DNA of 64,000 bases. Source: a virus. The stretch covers positions 1 to 64,000 of IMG/VR virus record IMGVR_UViG_3300044796_000222; one strand, given 5' to 3'. Positions 37,082-47,085 of this stretch are shown in pieces; within the stretch, counting starts at the first letter, position 1; every line of letters begins with the position of its first letter. Under the pieces are notes generated by a model that was not told the DNA's origin, did no database searches, and saw nothing but the letters and a program-made list of their open reading frames with translations. A program made the position numbers and the translations under genes.

Positions 37082-39625
37082 TTACCTACTGAATCCAGGC
37101 TTTAGGAATGTCGCAGAACTTGCGGCATCTTTCGCTGCGGCCGTGAAGATCGCAAGGGCGTCAGATGCCTTTTTGAGCGCGACGACCTGATCGGCGATCC
37201 CTTTCTTCAAGGCCGCCTCGTCCTCGCCTTTGCCTGACGTGTCAACAAGATGAGGGCGCGCGATGCCGTCAGCGGGCGCAGAATCTCCGAGCAGCGTCTT
37301 CTGAATGTCGGAAAGAGGCTTACCTTTGCCACTGTTGATTTCGCCCATCACGCTATCGCGTAGCCACTCGTCTTTTTTCGCGCGCTGTTCTGGCGTGGAC
37401 GAATCCAGAACATCCAGCATGCCGCTTTCTCGGCTGCTGCGATCGTTTGCAAGGAATCCAAGATTCGCAGTGTCACGACTGTCGGCATCGCGACCGTGTA
37501 CGCCGCTATCGACATAGGAGCGGAACTCCTTGTTGTGCGTCATGGCGTAATAGAACGCGCCGATGCCGCCAACCGCAAGAGCGCCGCCAGCCAAAGTGAG
37601 CGCCCCAGCACCAGCACCACCGACCGCACCAGCCAACCCAGCACCACCAAGCGCTCCGCCCCCACCGCCGCCAAGGCCGAGCGCTGCGCCCACGGCGCTC
37701 CCTGCGCTCCCGCCAAGACCGAGGGTCGCGATGCCGCGGATTGTTCCGCCGACGATTGCTGGCAACGCCGACATGAAGCCTGAGAACGCAAGCCCAGCCG
37801 CGATGAACGCCCTCGGCGATTCGGCGAAGTCTTTCACGAGGTCCGTCAACGAATTGGCGAGTTTGTCCCAATCAACACTGTTGATGAGTTTTTCGAATGC
37901 CGCTTCCAGTTTCGGGAGATTGTCGGCCAACTTGTCGATGAGCGGGCCGGCGACATCCTCGATCGAGTTCTGGAACTTCGCGATCGCTTGGTGATATTGC
38001 TGCTTCTTGCTTTTCGCGAGTTCGGTATCTTGGGTGTTGATATCAGCGATGCCGCCTTCGGTTGTTGATATTTGGTTGCCGAAGTATTGCTGGATCGCCT
38101 GCATGCGTGCGGCGCGATCCGTCTTGGACGCGCGATCGGCGACGTCTTCAAGAGATAGCGCGACCTTGCCTCCGCGCGATGGCGAGTAGACAGTATGTAG
38201 TTCTCTGCGTTTGCTTGGATCTGTTGCTGCGGCAACTGACTCCATCATCACACTGATTGCGTTGCTGCCTTCTGTTTCGACGCCAAGGTGAGCGAAGTGC
38301 TTTGCGTTTGCGGCGCCGCCAGGACCAGACATCGCGGCCATCATTGCCGTAATGGTCTGTGGGCCGCCACCGGACGTCGTCTTCGCCATCTGCAAAATGG
38401 CTTGGTATGCTCGCGCGCCAGCAAGCGGATCGATGCCGCCACGAAGTTGGCCGGCGAAGATCAGTTCTGATCTGCGAGCCATGTCTGACACTTCAAATGC
38501 GCCGCTTTGGCCAGCGAGCGTGTATGTCGACATCAACTGGTCTAGGTCTGCGCTGGAATACTCTTTCCCGCTTGAGCGGCCGGCTTGACGTGCGGCTGCG
38601 CGCATTTTCGCGATGTCAGACATCGAGGCGCCGGAGACGCGCGAGAACTTTGCGATCGTGTCAAGATCGTTCGCCGTCTCCATGCCCTGACCCATCGTGC
38701 GGCCAGTTTTGATGGCCGCGCCAACGTCGCCCATGTCAAGGCCGTACTTGGTCGCTGTCGCGCGGGCGCTCTTGTAGACTTGCCCTTCATCGAATCGCTG
38801 CCCGAGCCGACGAGCTTCAATGGCTGCGCGCGTGATCTCCTCTTGCGCATCAAGTCGCTGGGAGATGACTGAACCGATATCCATCGCGCGATCGAGGCCG
38901 GTGCCGGCCATCATGCCGCCAGCAGCACCGCCGAGAACCCCGCGAACGACACGCTCGCCAGATCGAATGACTCCGCGAGCAAACGATGACCCGATAGGGC
39001 TGACGATCCTGGCCATGCTCATGCGACGACGGATGCCGGCAGCCTCAGCGCGATCGTTCGCGCGCTGCTGGGCCGTATCAAGATCCTTTTGCTTCTTGTC
39101 GGCAGCGCGCTGGTCGGCTTTATCCTTGCGATCGGCAATGGCGGCAGACTTGTCGGCCGCACGCTGCTCATTCTTGATCTTTTCGTCGGAAAGGCGCTTG
39201 TTCATCTCAAGCAGTTTTTCGTAGTGCGCCTTCGCCTTGTCGAACGTCTTTTGCTCTGCGTGAGCCTTCTTGTCTTCCGCCTTCACGGCATCGTCTGCCG
39301 CCTTTTTCTGCGCGTTGCTGGCCTTCTCGGCAGACTTTTCCGCTGCCCGGTCGGCGCGCTCCTTCGCCTTTGCGGCACGCTCTGCTGCGCGCTCGGCATC
39401 TTTCGCGATCTTCTCTGGGGAAGGCCCGCGTGGTGGGCGTGGAGTGAAGGAAGGCGGCGCACCAGGGGTGCCAGGCGTCGGCTGAGCGCCAGCGCGCAAC
39501 GTCGCCATCATCTCGCGGATCTTCGCGGCCGTTCCCTCGATCTGCCCCCGCACCCAATCCATGTCAGTAGCGAATGATCCGCGATCGACGCGAATCTTGA
39601 ACGCCGCTTCACGATCGGGCACCAT
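37082..39625 (-). CDS. Tape measure protein
   Basis: 847 aa, Ala/Gly-rich and helical, directly after the chaperone. Confidence 0.85.
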   Translation of the reverse strand: MVPDREAAFKIRVDRGSFATDMDWVRGQIEGTAAKIREMMATLRAGAQPTPGTPGAPPSFTPRPPRGPSPEKIAKDAERAAERAAKAKERADRAAEKSAEKASNAQKKAADDAVKAEDKKAHAEQKTFDKAKAHYEKLLEMNKRLSDEKIKNEQRAADKSAAIADRKDKADQRAADKKQKDLDTAQQRANDRAEAAGIRRRMSMARIVSPIGSSFARGVIRSGERVVRGVLGGAAGGMMAGTGLDRAMDIGSVISQRLDAQEEITRAAIEARRLGQRFDEGQVYKSARATATKYGLDMGDVGAAIKTGRTMGQGMETANDLDTIAKFSRVSGASMSDIAKMRAAARQAGRSSGKEYSSADLDQLMSTYTLAGQSGAFEVSDMARRSELIFAGQLRGGIDPLAGARAYQAILQMAKTTSGGGPQTITAMMAAMSGPGGAANAKHFAHLGVETEGSNAISVMMESVAAATDPSKRRELHTVYSPSRGGKVALSLEDVADRASKTDRAARMQAIQQYFGNQISTTEGGIADINTQDTELAKSKKQQYHQAIAKFQNSIEDVAGPLIDKLADNLPKLEAAFEKLINSVDWDKLANSLTDLVKDFAESPRAFIAAGLAFSGFMSALPAIVGGTIRGIATLGLGGSAGSAVGAALGLGGGGGGALGGAGLAGAVGGAGAGALTLAGGALAVGGIGAFYYAMTHNKEFRSYVDSGVHGRDADSRDTANLGFLANDRSSRESGMLDVLDSSTPEQRAKKDEWLRDSVMGEINSGKGKPLSDIQKTLLGDSAPADGIARPHLVDTSGKGEDEAALKKGIADQVVALKKASDALAIFTAAAKDAASSATFLKPGFSR

Positions 39626-39639
39626 TGGCTACTTGCTCG

Positions 39640-40299
39640 CTATTCCGAAACGGGCTCGGAGGGCGGCGTCACCGGCGCTTCCGCCGCCAGATCGCTTTTC
39701 GAGAACCCTTCGACGAGCCATGTGGGCAATGACTTGCCCATCGCTGCATCGACAAGCAGGTTTGCCAAAGTATGTTGAAAGGTCACTCGAAAACTTCTGG
39801 CGGTATAGACTAAAGGGTCGCTGTTGGCCTCCTCTGCCAACTTCTTGAGGAGGTCGTTGAACGAACCTGGGTCTTGAATGCCGTATGTGATCGGCGACAT
39901 CTCGCGCTCGAAGTCGTCGTATGCGCGCCAAAGCCAACTCATGTCCTCGGCAGGGAGACTGCGCAACTTCGCGCTGCCGGCGAACGGGGCCGGATCGCCG
40001 TTCGGCAACTTCGCCCTCGGGTCGGCGTCCTTCAGCGCACGAACGAGCAGTTCCACCTGCGTTGCGCTTTCGAGCATCTCGCTGCGCGCCTCTCGCAGCG
40101 GAGACTCCTTCTCGCGACGGTCGACGTGGGCGATTGCGCTCATGCGCGCATCCTCGATCTGCTGCTGGCTGAGAAGCGACAGCATGACCTGATCGCCGCG
40201 AATGGTGAACTGGCCTGTCTTCGGGTCTTTGACGCGCCTCGGCCAAAGCACGATTTTCGTCGCGTCTGTCCCCTCGGAGAGTTGGTCTAGTGTCGCCAT
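39640..40299 (-). CDS. Tail assembly chaperone (G); -1 frameshift product ends at 39629
   Basis: Between tube and tape measure; in-frame C CCT TTA heptamer. Confidence 0.8.
   Translation of the reverse strand: MATLDQLSEGTDATKIVLWPRRVKDPKTGQFTIRGDQVMLSLLSQQQIEDARMSAIAHVDRREKESPLREARSEMLESATQVELLVRALKDADPRAKLPNGDPAPFAGSAKLRSLPAEDMSWLWRAYDDFEREMSPITYGIQDPGSFNDLLKKLAEEANSDPLVYTARSFRVTFQHTLANLLVDAAMGKSLPTWLVEGFSKSDLAAEAPVTPPSEPVSE
39811..39817 (-). other. Programmed -1 frameshift slippery site C-CCU-UUA
   Basis: X XXY YYZ phased in the G frame; the -1 frame reads PFSLYRQKFSSDLSTYFGKPAC... to the stop at 39629. Confidence 0.75.
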
Positions 40300-40303
40300 C
40301 GGA

Positions 40304-40699
40304 TCAACTGAACGTGGTCGGTGTCGCGTCGATCGCGCCAGAGACGGTGATCGGCTCGTCTGCGGTCTTCGCTTCGCCGAACGAACGGGAGAGCGTCTTG
40401 GCGATGCCTGTGACGGTGAAAGTCCAAGCGCCGCAGATTGCGACGATTTGAATCGGAGTCGTGTTGGTCACAGCGTCGACAAGATCCTGGCCGAACGAAG
40501 CGAAACCGATCTTCGGCACCGACCGCGTGACGGTGATGTCGCCCATCAGCGCGCCCTTACTGAAGCCAGCCCACCCGGCATCGATCGTGAGCACGTCGCG
40601 CGCGTTGTTGTGGATAGCGACAGAGCCTTCCGTGACTTCTCGGCTGGGACTGCCGTTGATCCAGATGTCTCCGCGATCGAATTCGAGAATGATGGCCAT
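40304..40699 (-). CDS. Tail tube protein
   Basis: 131 aa after the sheath; GWAGFSKG motif. Confidence 0.75.
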   Translation of the reverse strand: MAIILEFDRGDIWINGSPSREVTEGSVAIHNNARDVLTIDAGWAGFSKGALMGDITVTRSVPKIGFASFGQDLVDAVTNTTPIQIVAICGAWTFTVTGIAKTLSRSFGEAKTADEPITVSGAIDATPTTFS

Positions 40700-40785
40700 G
40701 CTGCGCTCCGTCTGCGTGAAAATGGAAAGCGGCGCGACCGTCGGCTATTACGCCAACTGCCGCGCCGATTCCGTGTGCTGAGTTG

Positions 40786-42369
40786 TTAGAGCAGGGTGAG
40801 TTGCTGGATCGCCGCGCTGAACTGCACCACCCACTGAACCGGCGTGATCGGCATCGTGGCATCCACGCGGCCTGGAACGGTCGGATCGAGGTTGAATACC
40901 CAGTTCGCGTAGTCCGCGTCCACGTTCGTGATCCACGGCCGCGCCTGCTTCGCGAGACCATTCGCTATGACGTGATAGTGGACCTGGATGAACTGCGGGT
41001 AGACGGTGCCGGGCGGCAATTTGTCTGCGCCGGGAGCCGGGTTGTCAACCAGCGTCGATTTGCCGAACGACTGCGGGAAGTCGGACTGGATCAACTTCGC
41101 GAAAGCGAACGGCACCGACACTTGGATCGTGTCAAGCGTGCGCGCATCTGGGTTGCTGCTCGCGTCTTGATAGTGCGACGTGATCGAGCGGACAATGAGG
41201 TTGTCGCCAGCGCTCGTCGTCATGATCGGCGTGAGGCCGGTATTCAAGCAGGTGATGATCTGCGTGGTTGTCAAGTAGAGCGACGATGCCGACGGAGCCG
41301 CCGAAATCGCAGACAGATCGGTCGCGGCCGGGTTGAACAGCGTCTCCACCGTCGTCGGGTCGGCGCCTTCGAGAACGGAGCGTTGCGCGGCCCAGCCAGC
41401 GCCGAGCGTGAATGCGGTCGTCGGTAGGTTGCTGAAGACCACCTGAACGACCGGATCGTTGATCGCTGACATGAGCGCGACAGCAGACGAAAGGTTCGTC
41501 GCCGTATTCGATGCGGCCGATCCGTTGAAGCAAACGATGCCTTGGCCTGGCAATCCGACGGTCGCAGTGTATTGCGTGTCGAGATACGTTTTGAGCAAGC
41601 CAAGGTTCGTTGAATCCTGCGAGCACGCGAACACGATGTCGTATTCAGATGCGGCGGCCACACCAAGGATGGCGCTCAGGCTTTCAACGCCAGAGCCGCC
41701 CGTAAGGGCTGCCGTGCCGGAAAGTGCGATCGTGAGGCCGAGCGTTGTCGCGGCGACCACGGAGACTGGCACTTGGTTGCCAAGCGAGCCGTTGTGGTTG
41801 AACGTGATGGTGACGATCGGTTGCGTGCTCGACAAGCCGGCGGCTGCGGTGACGCAGAGGTTGTTGACCGACGAGTTGATCGCGTTGGCGATCGCGGTCG
41901 CAATCGACGGGTTGCCTGCGACTGCGGTGCCGGCCTGTTGGCCTGACGCGATGCCGACAGTAACAGGAACGCCACCGATCGTGACGGTGACATTGCCGCT
42001 TGCGGTTGCAGGCGTTGATGCGACCGTTCCGACGTTGATGATGCAGGTGGCCTTGGCGCCGCTCAGAATCGGCTCAGCCGGGAAGCCGAGATAGAGATCG
42101 ACGGCCGGCGCCATCGTATAGGCCGCTTGGGCCATCAGGTACGCCATCGAGTCGAGGCCGGCGAACGTCTGCGCGTCGGACAGGCCATTGACGCAGTGAT
42201 AGATCGTTGTATCGGCGATGCCGCTGCCCGTGCTCATCTTGAAGCCGAGCAGGAGACATTTGAGCGGTCCGCCGCCAGCGCCATTCTGGCTCGCGCCGAA
42301 TGCGATGGAGAGGAAGACTGCCGGGATACGATTGTTGGCGGCGACGCCGGTTGCTCCGCTGCTTGCCAT
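40786..42369 (-). CDS. Contractile tail sheath protein
   Basis: RIPAVFLSI; LLLG; GSLGN; LNTGLTP...IVRSITS. Confidence 0.9.
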   Translation of the reverse strand: MASSGATGVAANNRIPAVFLSIAFGASQNGAGGGPLKCLLLGFKMSTGSGIADTTIYHCVNGLSDAQTFAGLDSMAYLMAQAAYTMAPAVDLYLGFPAEPILSGAKATCIINVGTVASTPATASGNVTVTIGGVPVTVGIASGQQAGTAVAGNPSIATAIANAINSSVNNLCVTAAAGLSSTQPIVTITFNHNGSLGNQVPVSVVAATTLGLTIALSGTAALTGGSGVESLSAILGVAAASEYDIVFACSQDSTNLGLLKTYLDTQYTATVGLPGQGIVCFNGSAASNTATNLSSAVALMSAINDPVVQVVFSNLPTTAFTLGAGWAAQRSVLEGADPTTVETLFNPAATDLSAISAAPSASSLYLTTTQIITCLNTGLTPIMTTSAGDNLIVRSITSHYQDASSNPDARTLDTIQVSVPFAFAKLIQSDFPQSFGKSTLVDNPAPGADKLPPGTVYPQFIQVHYHVIANGLAKQARPWITNVDADYANWVFNLDPTVPGRVDATMPITPVQWVVQFSAAIQQLTLL

Positions 42370-42371
42370 GA

Positions 42372-42920
42372 TCAGCCTTCCGAGGTGGAATCAGCCACCG
42401 GAATCGAGGGGTCGGCTTCGGGAGCCGGTGGGACGACAGGGATCGGAGCGGGAGCCGGAGCCCCAGACATTGCAGCGATCGCTGCTTCGGCCTTCGTGCG
42501 GTCGGCGTCAGCAGCGGCAAGACGAGCCTTGTCGGAGGCGTCCAGCGCGGCGGCGGAAGCGGCGTGCGCAGCGGCGGCCTTGGCGCGCTTCAACATGTTC
42601 GCTGTCGTGGCTGCAACAAGCGCAGGATCGCGATGCGTCTTTGCATTGGCGCCGGTACCGACGACCGTTTCGACATAATCGAGTGCGCCGCCAAGAATGT
42701 TCTCGCGGATGTGAGCGTCGCGCGTTTCGGCAACGAGGTCGGCTTCCGGCGAAACCGTAAACGAATAGACCGGCTGCTTGTCTTTCTTTCCGAAGACCTG
42801 CGTCTCGCCAGTTTTGGTCTTGGTGTGGCCGACAATGCGATGAGTGACGTTCAGATTGACGGCATCGACGACGTGATAGCCAGCGACGGCCTTCACTCGG
42901 AAGAAAACGGGGTTTGCCAT
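42372..42920 (-). CDS. Hypothetical protein (pre-sheath)
   Basis: Operon position. Confidence 0.65.
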   Translation of the reverse strand: MANPVFFRVKAVAGYHVVDAVNLNVTHRIVGHTKTKTGETQVFGKKDKQPVYSFTVSPEADLVAETRDAHIRENILGGALDYVETVVGTGANAKTHRDPALVAATTANMLKRAKAAAAHAASAAALDASDKARLAAADADRTKAEAAIAAMSGAPAPAPIPVVPPAPEADPSIPVADSTSEG

Positions 42921-42924
42921 TCTG

Positions 42925-43785
42925 TTATGCCTTCGCGTCGATGGGGACCTGGAAGGACGGCGTTTGCGTTCCGTCGCCAGGCAGGAGGATGGTTGCGTAC
43001 AGGTCTTCCAACGCTTGATTCGGGCCGATGGCCGCGATCGTTGGGATTCGGCCGGGCGTCCACGTGATCGTCGAGAACTTGATCTCGTGGCACCACGCCT
43101 GAATTTTCGTCTGCACTTCGCGAGACGATTCTGGATAGATGATGTCTGACATCACCGACGCATCGAACATGTAGGAGGTGCATGCATCGACAGTGTTTCC
43201 GAGGTCGATCGGTCGCGTGCGCTGCCCTTGGTTGTTCGACATCCACAGACGCAGCGCCCATTGATACTTCAACTTGTTGCTGCGAATGCCGCCGCCCGGC
43301 GCCCATTGATAGCCAAGGAAGTGGAGCGTTGCGACAATCGTCCCCTGCGTCAGCATCTCTTTGAGTGAGGCTTCCGTGTTCGGAAGCGACGTACCCCAAG
43401 CGGCGGTGCTGATGAGATTGCCTGGGCCAGCCGCGAACATGGTTGCGACTGTGCCCGTTGCGGCCATGCCGGTCGGCGGCGACTGCCACGTCACAATCAT
43501 TCCTGGCGTGACGGGAGCGAAGTTGTTGACGCCGAACGTGGCGCCAAGCAAGTCGAGGCGAGCGAGGGACGGCGCGGAACTGGACCCGGTACTATAAACC
43601 CAGTTCGGCTTGCGAACTCGAATCACGCGACCGTCAGGCAATGTCCCGAGAAGACCCTTGGGAACTGCGAGGGGCGCCGATTGCGTGCTGACGATAGTGA
43701 CGGTGCCCTGCGTGGGCGTGTTCATCGCGTCCGAGAGGTTGTCGAGGATTTGCCCCGCGCACTCGGAGATGAAACTGGTCGACAT
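42925..43785 (-). CDS. Putative tail terminator/completion protein
   Basis: Synteny with Mu gp37; inference only. Confidence 0.5.
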   Translation of the reverse strand: MSTSFISECAGQILDNLSDAMNTPTQGTVTIVSTQSAPLAVPKGLLGTLPDGRVIRVRKPNWVYSTGSSSAPSLARLDLLGATFGVNNFAPVTPGMIVTWQSPPTGMAATGTVATMFAAGPGNLISTAAWGTSLPNTEASLKEMLTQGTIVATLHFLGYQWAPGGGIRSNKLKYQWALRLWMSNNQGQRTRPIDLGNTVDACTSYMFDASVMSDIIYPESSREVQTKIQAWCHEIKFSTITWTPGRIPTIAAIGPNQALEDLYATILLPGDGTQTPSFQVPIDAKA

Positions 43786-43787
43786 CG

Positions 43788-44246
43788 CTAAACGCCTTCG
43801 ATGTAATCGATGATGTCTTTCTCGATATCGTCGAGAATGTCGTCGCCAACATCGATGAACGTGCGCGCTGGAAGCGTTCGGTTGTTGTATGAATAGCCGC
43901 GATCCAGCGCGTTCGCTGACGGGTGGCCGTCAGGCGCACCGACTTGGGCGCTCTCGTTGTCGTGTTCACGAAGCGATGTCGCCGCACGCCGTAGGGCGCC
44001 ATCGCGTTCTAGGATCGGATTGGTCGCGCCGTATCCTAGCCGGGCGCGATCTCTCATCGTTGAGTCGGCCAGCGCTTGCCAGCCGCCGCCGCGCGCGTCA
44101 GATTCCGAAGCGAAGTTGCCGTCGATTGCGCTGGCAATCTTCTCTTCCGCGCGCTCCATGACAGGCGTCAAGTCTTCGGCGCGATCGGCCATCGCTTTGA
44201 ATTCAGAGACAGGGCCAGTGACGTCCAATTCGAACTCGAACGACAC
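43788..44246 (-). CDS. Virion morphogenesis protein, Mu gpG-like
   Basis: DLTPVM...NFxSE...WQALADST...ILxRxGALRR...LPARTF. Confidence 0.85.
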   Translation of the reverse strand: MSFEFELDVTGPVSEFKAMADRAEDLTPVMERAEEKIASAIDGNFASESDARGGGWQALADSTMRDRARLGYGATNPILERDGALRRAATSLREHDNESAQVGAPDGHPSANALDRGYSYNNRTLPARTFIDVGDDILDDIEKDIIDYIEGV

Positions 44247-44248
44247 GC

Positions 44249-44773
44249 CTAGAAACTCCCGCGATTGAAGCCGCCATCACCAGCGCTCGTCGACGAGAAG
44301 TACATGCCCGAATCGTCTTGAATGCGATCTGGCGCGCTGTTGGTAAACTGGCCGCCAACGTTTGCTGGCGTGATCTGAACCTGGTTTTGGAGGCGGCGCT
44401 TGTCGAGGCGGATCTCTTCACACCGCTTCAACGCGCGCGTGTACGCGACTTCGTAGAGCCCAGGCGCGTCCTTCGCGGACGGTTGGTACTCCACGCGCCG
44501 AATGGCAGCGCGATACATCGTGAAGACGCTGGCGATCTCCACGATTGCGCCATCGTAACCACCGCTCGGAAGCGGCAGGAACGGCGTGACATACACAACG
44601 CCGAGGAGTTCGTCGAGTTCCGCACACCCGTCTGCGATGCCAGCGGCCACCGCGGTCGGGTCTGCGGAACTGCTATACGAACCGCCTGGCTGAATGACGG
44701 AGAAAACCTGCGCCACGCGCTCCACGCCGAAGCGAGCTTCGAGGTCGGATTGCGCAATGTAGGCGGTCGCCAT
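44249..44773 (-). CDS. Head-tail adaptor, Mu gp36/DUF1320-like
   Basis: YIAQSDLEARFG...IADGxAELDxxL...YxxALK. Confidence 0.8.
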   Translation of the reverse strand: MATAYIAQSDLEARFGVERVAQVFSVIQPGGSYSSSADPTAVAAGIADGCAELDELLGVVYVTPFLPLPSGGYDGAIVEIASVFTMYRAAIRRVEYQPSAKDAPGLYEVAYTRALKRCEEIRLDKRRLQNQVQITPANVGGQFTNSAPDRIQDDSGMYFSSTSAGDGGFNRGSF

Positions 44774-44780
44774 CGCTTAC

Positions 44781-45428
44781 TCAGGCGTAATGCGAGCCGT
44801 ACTGAAGTTCTTTCAGAACTCGCGCCGGCAACTTGTCGCCGACCTTGAATTCCAACCGCTTCGGCCGCCTGTTGCTGTCGAGGACAACGTTGCCTTCCTC
44901 GTCGCGCTCGGTCGTTGAGATGAGAGTCAACGCAACGCCCTTCGCGCCCGGAGGCGTGACGCCGTGCTTGACGCCCTTCCCGTCGATTGCAGCAATCGCT
45001 CGCGGCCCGCGTCGGTAGTGAACGCTGGCGGTAAGGCCGACGAGGTCGGCTTCATCGACGACCTCCTCGATCTTGTACTCGTGGCGCACACGCTGGCCGG
45101 AGGCATCCGCCTTCATCCCCATGATGCGGGTGAGCGCGTACGCCTTGGTGTCGACGCCTTCGGCCGCAGGCGCCGTCGGTGCGACAGGGATGCCATCGGC
45201 GCCGATGACGGGCGCCAGATTCGTTTCCGGCTCCGTCTGCTTGGCAGCGTAGATGACGTTCTTGGCCGCATCGGGCGCGATGTGCTGGAATCCGGCGTCC
45301 GTCGCGTCCCTGTCGAGCGCGCTTCGCCCATCCGAGACGATGGGCGCCGTGCGCGCGGCGAGATCACTGCGATCTCGCTGCGTGTTCGGATTCGCCATCG
45401 GGGGCGGTTGTTTTTGAGGGTTCGCCAT
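44781..45428 (-). CDS. Hypothetical head-associated protein
   Basis: GAGG RBS; start MANPQKQ. Confidence 0.65.
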   Translation of the reverse strand: MANPQKQPPPMANPNTQRDRSDLAARTAPIVSDGRSALDRDATDAGFQHIAPDAAKNVIYAAKQTEPETNLAPVIGADGIPVAPTAPAAEGVDTKAYALTRIMGMKADASGQRVRHEYKIEEVVDEADLVGLTASVHYRRGPRAIAAIDGKGVKHGVTPPGAKGVALTLISTTERDEEGNVVLDSNRRPKRLEFKVGDKLPARVLKELQYGSHYA

Positions 45429-45436
45429 CTTGCCTC

Positions 45437-46570
45437 TCAGGTGATCGTGGTCGACACGCACTGGTCGATGAGCGCGCCGGCATCGTTCGCCGTAACCTGC
45501 TCGATGTCCGAGTGCGCGACCTTGAGGTGCGTCGCGCCGCTCATCCCGACGCGCGGATCGAAGACGCTGCTGAACGTGAGCGGGTAGTGGCGGAACGTCT
45601 TGCCGTACGCCAACTCGTTCACCGAAGCGCCGGGGCGCTGCTTCCAGAGGCCGAAGCCCTTGCCCCAGACGTAGTCGTAACTCGCCGTCGAAGCGTTCGG
45701 CGTCGTGTCGTACTTCGCTTCGCCGACGTGGATGGCGCCGATTTCGAGCAACGCAGCGAGTTGCGCCGGGCGAACGATGCGCTGGTCGGTGAACATCGTC
45801 GGCGAAACCGCCGCGACCGAGCTGACCACGTTGCGGTTCTTGCTGAGCGCGTCGAAGACGGGCCGCGAGCAACCCGCCATGTCCGGCTGCATCGCCATGA
45901 AGCGCTTCGCGCGGAGGATGTCGTTGATCGGGTCCGACGAGCCGCCGCCAGCCGCGTCCCACTGGTTGAGGCCAGTGAGCGTGATGGTGTTGCCTGACGC
46001 GTAGTTGCCCGTGCCCATGAGCACGGCGGCCACGCGGTACTCGCGTGACAACTCGATGTTCATGCGGAGCACGTTCGAAGCGCGCTGAAGGACGTTCAGG
46101 ACGGCGTCTTCGTTGATGAGGACGTCCTGCGGGATCGGCATGCGCAGCGCATACGGCTTGACCGTGTATTGCGTGTCGCTGAAGTCCTGCGGGACTTCCG
46201 CCGGCATCGCGAGAGGCGAGACGCCTGCATCGACGACGCGGTTGATGTCACGACGCGACCAGACCACGAAGAGGTCTTGCGCATGCTGGACCTTGACCCA
46301 CGGCAGTACCTTGTCGGCGATGAGATACTTCGAGAGGTCGGCCTCGAAGTAGTCGACGCTGAACGTATCCATGAGATACGGGACGTGGACGTCAGACGGC
46401 GACAGCGCCATCTTGTGAACGGCCGCCGGGTCTGCGCCGCGAAGGCGCATGAACTCGGAGACCTTGAGATCGCCGCCGTGGACGGACGAAAGCGCGTCGA
46501 TCGGGTCCGAGATGATCTCGACGCCGGAGGCGCGAGCGTTCTTGTCGAGCACCATGCTGGGGGCTGCCAT
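45437..46570 (-). CDS. Major capsid protein
   Basis: IADKVLPxVxV; REYRVA; QW...SDPINDI; AGALI near the C-terminus; AAGGA RBS. Confidence 0.85.
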   Translation of the reverse strand: MAAPSMVLDKNARASGVEIISDPIDALSSVHGGDLKVSEFMRLRGADPAAVHKMALSPSDVHVPYLMDTFSVDYFEADLSKYLIADKVLPWVKVQHAQDLFVVWSRRDINRVVDAGVSPLAMPAEVPQDFSDTQYTVKPYALRMPIPQDVLINEDAVLNVLQRASNVLRMNIELSREYRVAAVLMGTGNYASGNTITLTGLNQWDAAGGGSSDPINDILRAKRFMAMQPDMAGCSRPVFDALSKNRNVVSSVAAVSPTMFTDQRIVRPAQLAALLEIGAIHVGEAKYDTTPNASTASYDYVWGKGFGLWKQRPGASVNELAYGKTFRHYPLTFSSVFDPRVGMSGATHLKVAHSDIEQVTANDAGALIDQCVSTTIT

Positions 46571-46602
46571 GTTCGTGTTCCTTTGATTGGGTTGCGCCGC
46601 GA

Positions 46603-47049
46603 TCACGGCAGGCTGTTGGTGATGGAGAGGCGGACGACCATCGTCTGACTGTCGACGCCTGCGGTCATCGCGTAACCGACGAGCACGAGGCCGGCCGAAG
46701 CGCCAAGTGCAGTGGCCCAGCCGAGTTTGCCAGAGGCGACGCTGACGGTAACGGGGCCGTCGATCGCGATCGTGCCGTTCGACATCACGACGACGGTATC
46801 GCCATCGCTGTTGAGCGTATCGAAGACGTCGCCGGGATTTGCGTCAGTGTACGAGAAACCGGCGTACGTCTTCAACGCGGTGTCAGCCGTCGTCGGAGCG
46901 CGAACCGCCGGCTGCGAGCGCTGGAGGCCGGTCGTCGAATCGTAGACGAGGAAGATGCCCGCCGGGATGACGAGCGTCGACGTGTTGCACGCACTGATCT
47001 TGTGCGTGTTGGTCATCGGGGTGAGCAGAGCTGCGCTGGGAGCGGCCAT
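46603..47049 (-). CDS. Capsid decoration/cement protein
   Basis: Between protease and capsid genes; VGYAMTAG pattern. Confidence 0.65.
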   Translation of the reverse strand: MAAPSAALLTPMTNTHKISACNTSTLVIPAGIFLVYDSTTGLQRSQPAVRAPTTADTALKTYAGFSYTDANPGDVFDTLNSDGDTVVVMSNGTIAIDGPVTVSVASGKLGWATALGASAGLVLVGYAMTAGVDSQTMVVRLSITNSLP

Positions 47050-47085
47050 GGTGTTGTTCTCGCTTTGAAGTGGTGGTGAGTGGGA

